A DNA stretch of 64,000 nt from Eledone cirrhosa (lineage: Eukaryota). Shown here piece by piece: positions 1 through 11,059 of this stretch (positions within the stretch are counted from its first letter, which is position 1; each line of letters begins with the position of its first letter). Under the pieces are notes generated by a model. The model did no database searches and was not told the origin of the DNA. It saw nothing but the letters and a program-made list of their open reading frames with translations. A program made the translations under genes and the position numbers. The stretch lies in assembly GCA_964016885.1 (NCBI GenBank), contig OZ024740.1, forward strand, positions 104,842,001-104,906,000, given 5' to 3'.

Positions 1-1823
1 CTAGCATGTTTATTGACCACTATGAGGATCCTCCTATTTAACTGCTATTTCTAGCACTCTAATGGACCACTATGCGGTACAGGTTATTTAGCTGCTATTT
101 CTAGCATGTTTATGGACCACTATGAGGTTCCCCTAAATAGCTGCTATTTCTAACACGTTAATGGACCACTGTGTGGTTCCACTTATTTAGTTGCTATGTC
201 TAACATTATTATGGACCACTATGAGGTTCCCTCTATTTAGCTGCTATTGAAAGCACACTAATGGATCACTATGAGGTTCCCCAATTTAGCTGCTATTTCT
301 GGCACACTTATGGACCACTATGAAATTCCTCCTATTCAGCTGCTATTTCTAGCATGATTATGGACCACTATGAGGTTCCCTCTATTTAGCTGCTATTAAA
401 AGCACACCAATGGACCACTAACAATTTAAAGACTATTTCTAGCACTTATGGATTACTATGAGGTTTTCCACATTTAGCTGCTACCCCAGCACACTTATGG
501 ACCACTATGAGGTTCCTCCTATTCAGCTGTTATTTCTAGCATGTTTATGGACCACTATGAGGTTCCTCCTATTTAGATGCTATTTCTAACCCACTTATGG
601 ATCAGTGAGGTTTTCCTTATTTAGCTGCTATTTCTAGCACACTGATGGACCACTATGAGGTTCCTCTATTCAGCTGTTATTTCTAGCATGTTTATGGACC
701 ATTATGATGTTACTCCTACTTAGCTGCTATTTCTATTATACGTATGGGCCACCATGAGATACCTCCTATTTAGCTGCTATTCCTAGTACATTCTGGTCGA
801 CTATTTGGTTACTCTTAGTTATATGCTATTTCTACCATAATTATGGACCACTATGAGGTTCCCCCCTGTTTATCTGCTCTATCTAACGCACTTATGGACC
901 ACTATGAGGTTCCCCTTATTTAGCTGCTATTTCTAGCACACTTATGAACCACTATGTGTTTCCTTCTGTTTAGCTGCTCTTTCTAGCATACTTATGGATA
1001 ACTATGAGGTCCACACTATTATGCTACTATTTCTAGCACATTAATGGACTACTATGAGGTCTCCCATATTTTGCTACTATTTTTAACACACTTATGGTCC
1101 ACTATGAGGATCCTCCTATTTAGCTGCTATTTCTTGCATGATTATGGAGCACTTTTAGGTTCACTCTATTTAGCTGCTATTTCTACCACATTAATGGACC
1201 AATATGAGGTTAACACTATTTACCTGCTATTTTTAGCACAATTATTGACCGCTATGAGTTACCTACTAATTAGCTGCTATTTCTTGCATAATTATAGACC
1301 ACTATGAAGTTCTCCCTAGTTAGCTGCTATTTCTAGCACACTTATTGGCCACTAATGCTTCCTCCTATTTCGCTGCTTTTTCTAGCACACTTATGTATCA
1401 CTCTGAGGTTCCCCCTATTCAGCAATCTTGTGGTTCACTAAGCGGTTTCCGCTATTTAGCTGCTATTTCTAGCACATGAATGGTCCACCAGGAGTTTCCC
1501 CTTATTTCGTAAATATTTCTAGCACACCTATAGACTACCATGAAGTTCACGCAATTTATCTACTTTTTCTAGCACACCAATGGCCCACTATAAGGTTCCT
1601 CCAATTTGGCTGCTATTCCTAGCTCACTTATGGACCACTATGAGGTCCCTTCTATTTAGCTGCTCTTTCTAACATAATTTTGGATCACTATGAGGTAAAC
1701 GTAGTTAGCAGCTATTTCTAACATATTAATGGACGAAAATGAGGTTCCCCTATTTAGCTGCTCTTTCTAGCAAACATATGGACCACTATAACGTCCCCCC
1801 TATTTAGCCGTTATTATTAGCAC

Positions 1824-2388
1824 GATAAAGGCGGTGGATTGGCAGTATCGGTAGAGGGTCGGACGCCATGCTTTGAAGCATAGAGTTACCTTCCTGTATG
1901 ATCTGAGTTCAAATCCCACCGAGGTTAACTTTGCCTTTCATCCTTATAGGGTCGATAAAATAAAGTACCAGTAATGCACTGGGTAATTGCTGGCCTTGTG
2001 CCAAAAGTAGAAACAATTATTAGCACGATAAAGGTGGATTGGCAGTATCGGTAGAGGAGTTGGACATGCTTTCCAGCATAGTTACGTCCCTTAACGATCT
2101 GAGTTCAAATCCCGCCGAGGTTAACTTTGCCTTTCATCCTTCCGGGGTCGATAAAATAAAGTACCAGTAATGCACTGGGTAATTGCTGGCCTTGTGCCAA
2201 AAAGTAGAAACAATTATTAGCACTGGATTGGCAGTGTCGGTAGAGTTACGGACCTTGCCATTCTGTGTTCAAATCCCGCCGAGGTTAACTTTGCCTTTCA
2301 TCCTTATGGGGTTGATAAAATAAAGTACCAGTAATGCACTGGGTTATTTGCTGGCCTTGTGCCAAAAAGAAGAAACAATTATTAGCAC
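1824..2388 (+). mobile_element. Three head-to-tail tRNA-derived SINE copies (family A): 1824-2015, 2027-2212, 2224-2377
   Basis: A-box-like TGGCAGTATCGG and B-box GAGTTCAAATCCC; shared body GAGGTTAACTTTGCCTTTCATCCTT..GGGGTCGATAAAATAAAGTACCAG; 3' end GGCCTTGTGCCAAAAGTAGAAACAATTATT. ATTATTAGCAC is repeated at 1813, 2016, 2213 and 2378. Confidence 0.88.
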
Positions 2389-5300
2389 ATCTATGGACCA
2401 CCATGAGGTTCCGTTTATTTAGCTGCTATTTCTTGAACACCAATTGACCACTATGATGGTCACCCTATTAAGCTGCTATTTCTAGCATACTTTTGGATAA
2501 CCTGAGGTCCATCCTATTTAGCTGCTTTTTCTAGAACACTAATCGACCAAGATGTATTTCCCCCTATTTAGCTGCTAGTTCTAGCACACTTATGGTCCAC
2601 CATGAGGGCCCCCTTATTTAGCTGGACCAAGAAGTACAACCTTTTTAGCTGCTATTTCTAGCACCCTTATTGACTACTGTAAGTTCCCCTATTTAGCTGT
2701 TTTTCTAGCACACCACACCTATGTGGTTTTCGCTATTTAGCTGCTATTGTAGCACAAATATGGATCACTAACAGGTTCCTTCTATTTAGCTGTCATTTCT
2801 AGCATGTTTATGGACCAATATGAGGTTTCCCTATTTAGCTGCTATTTCTAGCTTAATTTGGTCCACTATGAGATTCCCCTATTTAACTGCTATTTCTAGC
2901 ACACCTTTCGACCACTATGATGTTCCTATATTTATCTGTTATTTCTAACACACCTATGCTCCACCATGAAATTCTACCTTTTTAGCTGCTATTTCTAGTA
3001 CACTTTTGGACAACTATGAGGTTCCTCCTTTTCAGCTGCTATTTCCACCATGTTTATGGACCACTATGAGGATCCTCCTATTTAACTGCTATTTCTAGCA
3101 CACTAATGGACCACTATGCAGTACAGCTAATTTAGCTGCTATTGCTAGCATACGAATGGACTACTATGAGGTTCCCCCTATTTAGCTAATATTTTTAACA
3201 CACTTATAGCCAACTCTGTGGTTCCTCCTATTTAACTGCTATTTCTAGAATAGTTATGGCCTACTATGTGGGTCCCTCTAATTAGCTGGTATTTCTAGCA
3301 CACCTATGGACCACCATGAGGTACACCTTATTTAGCTGGTATTTCTACCACCCCAACCGACCACTATGAGGTTCTTCCTATTTAGCTCCTATTCCTAGCA
3401 CACGAAAGCACTAGTATGAGGTCCCCCTATTTAGCTGCTATTTCTAGCACACTTAGGGACCACTATGGGGTTTTCTCCTATTAAGCTACTATTTCTAGCA
3501 AACGTGTGGTCCACCATGAGGTTCCTTTTAATTCGCTGCTATTTCTAGCACAACTATGGGCCACCATTAGTTTCCCCTTATTTAGCTGTTATTTATAGCA
3601 TAATTACGGGTCACTATGAGCCCCCCCCCCCTTTGTTGATCTTTCTAACACACATATGGCCACTATGAGTTCCCCTGTTTAGTGGCTATTTGTACCACAC
3701 CTATGGATCACCATGAGATTCAACCTATTTAACTGCTATTTCTAGAAAATCAATGGACCACAATGAAGTTCCCACTATTTAGCTTCTATTTGTAGCACAC
3801 CTCTGGACTACCATGTGGTTCGGTCTATTTAGCTGCTATTTCTAGAAATCTAATGGACCACAATGATTTTCCCCCTATTTAACTTCTATTTCTAGCACAC
3901 CTATAGAGCACTATGAGGTTCTTCCTATTTAGCTGCTTTTTTAGCGCACCTATGGTGTACCACGAGGTTCCATTTATTTAGATGCTATTTCTAGTACACC
4001 TATAGACCACCACGAGGTTCACTCTATTTAGCTGCTATTTCTAGCACACTTTTGGCCCATGATGTGGTTCCTCCTTTGTAGATACTATTTCTAGCACACC
4101 TACGGACCACCATGTGGTTCACACTATTTAGCTGTTAGTTCTCGGACACTTTTGGACCACTATGAGGTTAACCGTATTTAGCTGCTATTTCTATCACACC
4201 TAAAGTCCATTATGAAGTTCTCCTTATTTAGCTGCTATTTCTAGCACACAAATAGACCACAATGTGGTTCCCACTATTTAGTTATTTCTAGCATATTTAT
4301 GGACCATTATGAGGTTTCCCCTATTTAGCTGCTATTTCTAAAAAAACCAATGGACCACAATGAGTTCCCCCCTATTTCGAGCACACATATGGACCACTTT
4401 GAGGTTCACCATATTTAGCTACTATTTCTAGCATACTATATGACCACTATGTGTTTCTTCCTGCTTAGCTACTATTTCTAGCACACCTATGGATGACTAT
4501 GAGGGTCCTCCTATTTTGCTCCTATTCCTAGCACACTAATGGACTACTATGAGGTTCCCCCTATTTAGCTTCTATTTCTAGCACACTAGTGAGCCATTTT
4601 GAGTTTCCCTTATTTAGCTGCTAATTCTAGCACACGTATGGACCACCATGAAGTTCCTCCTATTAAGCTTCTATTTCTAGCACGCATATGGAGCATTATG
4701 AGGTTCTTCCTATTTAGCTCCTATGCTTAGTATGGAATACTGAGTTTTCACATATTTAGCTGCTATTTCTAGCACACTTATTGGCCACTATATGGTTCCC
4801 CATAATTAGCTGCTATTTCTATCTCACTAATGAACCACTATTGGGTTCCCATTATTTAGCTGCTATTTCTAGCACATGTATGGACCACCGAGATTCCTCC
4901 TAACTAGTTGCTATTTTTAGCATATTTATAGACAATTATGAGGTTCCCTGCTATTTCTAGCAGGCTGGTGTTCCTCTATGAGATTCCCCCTAATTAGCTA
5001 CTGTTTCTAGCACACCTCTGGAACACCATGAGGTACCTTATTTAGCTGCTAATTCTAGCATACCAACAGACTACTATGAAGTTGCTCCTATTTAGCTGCT
5101 ATTTCTAGCACACTTATAAATGACTGAGTTCCTCATACTTAGTTGCTATTTCTAGCATACTATGTGTCACTACGATGTTCCCCCCATGTAGCTGCTATTT
5201 CTAGCACACCTATGGACCACTATGAGGTTCCCATGCTCTTTCTAGCACAACAATGGACCACAATGAACTTCCTCTATTTAGCTACTATTTCTAGCACACT

Positions 5301-5401
5301 TATTCACCACTTTGTGGTTATTCCTTTTTAGTTGCTATTTTTAGCATGATTATAGATCACTATGAGGTTTACCCTATTTAACCTATGAGGTTCCCATGTT
5401 C

Positions 5402-6481
5402 CTTACCATATGAGATGTCATCTGGTGTACCACAGGGATCTGTTCTTGGCCCCCTTTTGTTTGTGGCATATATTAATGACAACTTAAAGAATGCCACAGT
5501 ACTAAAGTACGCAGATGACATCAAGCTGTACCTTGAGATAAAAAGGACAGATCCTGAACACTATAGATCTTGCTTGCAGTCTGACCTGGACACAATGCAA
5601 CAATGGATCTCAGACTGGCAACTCAAGCTAGCTGTGGACAAGTGCACCACCATGCATTTTGGGAGTAAAAACCCAGCGTCCACATACTCCCTCCACAGCA
5701 CTAATATCAAGAAGTCTTCTTGTGAATGTGACCTGGGCATTACGACCAACAGCGATTTGCGTTGGACGAAGCACGTCTCTAAAATTGTCAAGAGAGCCGA
5801 GGGTGTCTTAGCATCACTCAGCAAGACCTTTGTCAGCCGCTCTCCAGCTATCTATTTAAGGCTGTACATGGCTATGGTGCGGCCACACTTAGAATTTGCA
5901 TCACCAGTCTGGAACCCCTATCTTGCTCAGAACATTGACCGCCTGGAAACTGTTCAGAGACGTGCAACCAAGCGAATACCCTCCATGAGGCATCTACCAT
6001 ACTCTGAGCGCCTTGCTTCCCTGGGCATGGATACATTGAAGCTCCGACGCCTGGCAACTGGCTTGGTAAACACCCACAAAATTGTTAACCATCTTGCCAA
6101 CAACAACCCTGAGTACCTTTTTGATTTCCATGTGTCTAACACACGTGGGCATGCCAACAAAGTCAGAAAACAGTACAGTTCCCATGACTTTCGGAAACAT
6201 TTTTTCACGCTCAGAGTTGCTGAAGCATGGAACAAACTACCTGCATCGGTTGTTAGCTGTCGAGACACTGCATCCTTTAAGGCCTCCATGCTTCCCGAGA
6301 TTCGCCAACACTGCACCTAATGTTCCCCCTCCATACACATACACACATGTATATCATGACTCATACACTATTCACTTCCCTGACATTTGTATATTATTCT
6401 ATGTACTATACATGCACCTTTGACGAGTTGTGCACCTGAGCACTTTACACAATAATTTCATTATTGTTTTCATTATTGTTC
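5402..6481 (+). mobile_element. 5'-truncated CR1-clade LINE (RT C-terminal half, 3' UTR, ATT-type tail) inserted in satellite 1
   Basis: ORF 5385-6320 has GVPQGSVLGPLLF, YADD, VRPHLEFASPVWNP, LETVQRRATKRI, TRGH and FFTLRVAEAWNKLP, typical of CR1-group ORF2. It ends ...GCACCTGAGCACTTTACACAATAATTTCATTATTG. The ORF's first codons come from satellite sequence. Confidence 0.9.
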
Positions 6482-6650
6482 TTGGATTGGCAGTATCGGT
6501 AGAGGGTCGGACGCCATGCTTTCCAGCATAGTTACGTCCCTTTACGATCTGAGTTCAAATCCCGCCGAGGTTGACTTTACCTTTCATCCTTACGGGGTCG
6601 ATAAAATAATGCACTGGATAATTGCTGGCCTTGTGCCTAAAGTAGAAACA
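6482..6650 (+). mobile_element. Family A SINE inserted at the LINE tail
   Basis: Same A/B boxes and body as 1824-2388; flanked by the 10-bp direct repeat ATTATTGTTC (6472-6481 and 6651-6660). Confidence 0.88.
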
Positions 6651-9600
6651 ATTATTGTTCTTTCTAGCCAAACAATGGACCACAATGAACTTCCTCTACT
6701 TAGCTACTATTTTTAGCACACTTATTCACCACTTTAGCTGCTATTTCTAGCATGATTATAGATCACTATGAGCTTTACCCTATTTAGCTTCTATTTCTAG
6801 AATTCCAATGGACCACAATGAGGCTCCCCCTATTTAGCTGCTATTGCTAGCACACTTATGGACCACCATGAGATTCACCCAATTCAGCTGCTATTTCTAG
6901 AAAACCAATAGATCACAATGAGTTTCCGTCTATTAAGCTGCTATTTCTAGCACACAAATGGACCGCTACGAGGTTCCTCCTATTTAACTGCTATCTCTAG
7001 CACACCTCTGTTCCACTATGTGGTTTCCCCTTTTTAGCTGCTATTTCTAACATACCTAAATACCACTATGTGGTTCACCCTATTTAGCTGTTATTTCTAG
7101 CACACTTTTGGACCCCCCATGTGGATCCTTCTTTAAGCTACTATTTCTAGCGCACATATGGACCACAGTGAGGTTCCTCCTATTTTGCTACTTTTCCTAT
7201 CACAGCAATGGACTACTATGAGTTTCCCTCTATTAAGCTGCTATTTCTAGCACACATGTGCACCACTATGATGTTCCATCTATTTTAGATGCTTTTTCTA
7301 GCACACTTATGGACCACTAAGAGGTTCCCCTTATTTAGCTGCTATTTCTAGCATACTTATGGACCACTATGAAGTTCCCCCTATTTAGCTGCTATTTCTA
7401 GAAAACCACTTGGCCACTATATAGTTCCCCCATTAGCTGCTATTTCCAGCACACCAATGTATCACTATTATATTATCCCTATTTAGCTGCTATTTTTAGC
7501 ACACCAATGTATCACTATAATATTATCACTATTTAGCTGCTATTTCTTGCACACTTATTGGCCAATATGAGGTTCCTCTTATTTAGCTGCTACTTCTAGC
7601 ACACTTATGGACTGCATTGAGGTTCCCCTATTTTGTTGCTATTTCTAGCACACTTATGGATCAGTATGATGTTACTTCTATTTAGCTGCTATTTCTAGCA
7701 TAATTATGGACCGCTATGATCTCCCATATTTAGCTGCTATTTCTAGAACACCTATTGTGCACCATCAGGTTCCCTTATTTAGTTGCTATTTCTAGCACAC
7801 CCATACACCACCATGTTGTTCCCCCTATTTAGCTACTATTTCTTGCAGACCTATGGTCCACCATGATTTTTCCCCTATTTAGCTGCCATTTCTAACACAC
7901 TTAAGATCCACCATTAGATTCCCCCTATTTAACTGCTATTTCTAACACACTTATGGACCACTATGAAGTTCCCCCTAATTAGTTGCTATTTCTAGCACAC
8001 CTATACACTGCCATGAATTTCCCCCTATTTAGCAGCTATTTCTAGCACACCTATGGGCCACCATGAGGTTCTCCCTGTTTAGCGGCTATTTCTAGCACAC
8101 TTATAGAGCACTATGTGTTTTTATGTAGCTGCTATTTCAGCAGACCTATGGCCACTATGAGGTTCCCCCTATTTAGTTGCTATTTCTAGCAGACCTATGT
8201 ACCACTATGAGGTTCGCTTTATTTTGCTTCTCTTCTAGCACACAGTTTGACAACTTTGAAGTTCCTCCGTTTTAGCTGCTCTTTCTAGCATATTTAGGGA
8301 CAATTATGGCACTCCACCTATTTAGCTGCTATTTCTAGCACACCTATGCACCACGATGAGGTTCCCTTTATTTAGCTGCAATTTTTAGTCCACCTATGGA
8401 CCACAATGTGTTTCAACTTCTTTAGCTACTATTTCTAGCTGACCTATTGACCATTATGAGGTTCTCCTTATTTAGCTGCTTTTTCTAGTACCCCTATGAA
8501 CACCTATGATGTTCTCCTATTTAGCGCTCTTATGGCCTACTATGATGTTCACCATATTTAGCTGCTATTTCTAGCACCTCTATACACCACCATGATGTTC
8601 CCCTTATTTAGTTGCTATTTCTAGCGCACTTATGGACTACTATTAGGTTCCCCCTATTTAGCTGCTATTTTAGCACACCTATGCACCACCATGTGTTTCC
8701 CCCTATCTAGCTGCTATTTCTAGCACATCTATGGGTCACTATGAGTTCCTCCTATTTAGCTACTATTACTAGCACACCTATTCACCACCATGAGTTCCCC
8801 CTATTTAGCTGCTATTTCTAGAACACCTATGGACCACCATGAGTTTCAACCTATTTAGCTACGATTTCTAGCTGACCTATTGACCACTATGAGGTTCCCC
8901 CTATTTAGCTTCTCTTTCTAGCACACTTATGGTTCACTATGTGGTTCCCCCTATCTAGCTGCTATTTCTAGCACACCTATGCACCATAATGAGTTTCCAA
9001 TAATTTAGCAGCTATTTCTAGCACATCTATGGTCCACCATGAGTTTCCATCTATTTAGCTGCTATCTAGCACACTTATGGACCACTATGAGCTTCCTCTA
9101 TTTAGTTGCTATTTCTAGCATTCCTCTATTTAGTTGTTATTTCCACCATGAAGTTCCTCCTTTTCCCCTGCTTTTTCTAGGACACCTATGGACACCATGA
9201 GTTTTCCCCTGTTTTTAGGTCTCTCTTTCTCTCTATATATATACATAAATGTATGTATGTATCATCATCATTTTTATCATCACCAGTATGATTTTTGGAC
9301 TAATCAGCACATGGAACCTAGGGACAGCTGGAGATTGTGTATAGTTTATCCTATCTCATTGTATCCTATGTAGCTTGAATTTTGATACTTCTCGATTTTA
9401 GCACTAACTTCACTAGCATGGATGGCTACGTTACATGGCATATTACAACACTGGCTGGCTATGGGTACCCTTCTAGCTGCACTCGGGCGACTGGGTCTGT
9501 CCACCCCCTTGAGTGCTTGGAAATAAACTAAATTTCTCTTTTCTATGGTAAACCATAATTACTCGGAACGGTCAGTGGACCTTTGGGCCCTGTGTGTGTT

Positions 9601-9891
9601 AGGGGTCGCCTTCTTCAGCTGTTGTTAACCACCATACCTTACTACTATCGTAGAGGGGAATCTGAAGCGGATAGCAACTGAGCTTAGCTTAACTAACATT
9701 ATATTATTTGTCTTATTAGGTCCCTGATTTACACAACTCTATAATTGGAATCATTAACATAACTGGTCTACTTATTTAAACACTCAGTTTTAATTTTCAC
9801 TTCCTAAAATTAACTCCAACTGATATACATGTTGTATGCTTTCCGTGAGTGCATAGACCTTAGCTTGACTCAGGCAAATTATCATATTCTC

Positions 9892-10154
9892 TGTAACACG
9901 ATATTCTTCCCCTCTCTGGCCTGCTGTTCGAAGGCTGCTGGAGTTGAGGGGTAGTATTGATTTGCCATGTAAAAAATAACCTCACTCAAAGGCGGGCGAG
10001 CAGTGTGACAGAATGCTACTACGTCCGTCTCTGGGTCAAAAACATAGCACAGACTTTTTCCTCTGTTTTTTCTTTGCTTGTTTCCTTAAAGTTTACCATC
10101 ATTCCGTTGGTATACATCTATTACACAATTTACACCTGATGTCGTCACCGGGTT
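9892..10154 (+). mobile_element. Possible degenerate LTR (9892-10134) followed by a decayed primer-binding site
   Basis: TGTAA...TTACA termini, then CC and TGATGTCGTCACCGGGTT, loosely resembling a tRNA-His-type PBS (TGGTGCCGTGAC...). No internal gag/pol seen. Confidence 0.25.
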
Positions 10155-10569
10155 CTTATGCAAGCTGGCCACTGAAATGTGCATAGTGCCTGCAGAAATT
10201 AAAAAAAATTAAGGAAATTCAACATATTTGACCTCCTGTCATTCCACTTTATAATATAAGTGCATCAAACGAGACAAACTGATTTTGTGCTAGTACATTT
10301 GTTATACTTTCGGAGGGTCATGTTGCCAATAAGAAACACACACACACCTGTTTCCAGATCTATTCTTACTATCTACACACACACATATATATATAGATAG
10401 ATAAATTCATTGCCAAAGAAAATCGGATAGCAAGTAGATGAGCTTTAAAAAAAAAAAAATAAAAAAAAAATATATATATATATATATGTATTATACTTTG
10501 GGAGGGTCATACTGCCAATAAAAAACACACACACCTTTTGGTTTTCACTTCAATTTATTATAATTTTCT

Positions 10570-11018
10570 GGTTGGTTGGTTGATTCGATAACCGGATGGT
10601 TGTTTATATACTGTCAAAGCTCTTTCGCCACACATTCTGTGACCTCCTCAGTGACTGGGTTTTTATTTTGTGTCCCTCCTTTGTTCTGTCCTACACCATC
10701 TTGTTTTTGTGTGATGTGTGTAGGCTTTACATGTAGCAGCTGCAATGGGACAAAAAGCAGCAAACAACCACAGGAAACAAGCACTATCAAATTCTGGGAG
10801 GGCTTGGTAGAAACAGTAGACAGCTTCTGCTACCTGGGTGACCAACTTAGCAGTGGAGGTGGGTGTTCTGAAAGTATAGTAGCCAGAGTACAACACACAA
10901 AAACAAGATGGTGTAGGACAAAGGAGAGACACAAAATAAAAACCCAGTCACTGAGGAGAATGTGCAACGAAAGACCTTTGACAATATATAAACAACCATC
11001 CGGCTATTGAACCAACCA
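10570..11018. mobile_element. Foldback/MITE-like structure: ~130-150-bp inverted arms (10570-10717, 10890-11018) enclosing an RTE LINE fragment
   Basis: Left arm CCGGATGGTTGTTTATATA..CTCCTCAGTGACTGGGTTTTTATTTTGTGTC..TGTCCTACACCATCTTGTTTTTGTGTG is the reverse complement of the right arm. The spacer encodes FTCSSC..VDSFCYLGDQLSSGGGCSESIVARV. Confidence 0.75.
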
Positions 11019-11059
11019 CCCACCCAACCAACACATTCAAAAACGAAGTATAAATATAT

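Larger units (their letters stand above)
1..9218. repeat. Satellite 1: diverged tandem array, 50-bp monomer (approx. CTATTTAGCTGCTATTTCTAGCACACTTATGGACCACTATGAGGTTCCCC), interrupted at ~1824-2388 and ~5402-6660; runs off the window start
   Basis: ACTATG recurs at 901, 951, 1001 and 1051 (50-bp period). The TTTAGCTGCTATTTCTAGCA and GGACCACTATGAGG cores are seen throughout with many substitutions. Confidence 0.97.

Noticed and set aside
5385-6320. RT next to a repeat array as a retron, DGR or RT-CRISPR-like system, or a telomerase-like array builder
   Set aside because: The motifs are those of a CR1-clade LINE. It is 5'-truncated within the RT domain and interrupts a satellite monomer, so it is a passive insertion.
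1-9218. Satellite 1 as a CRISPR array or a coding repeat (ORFs 1044-1307, 5143-5331)
   Set aside because: The whole 50-bp unit is homologous between copies, the period is not a multiple of 3, and stops are frequent.
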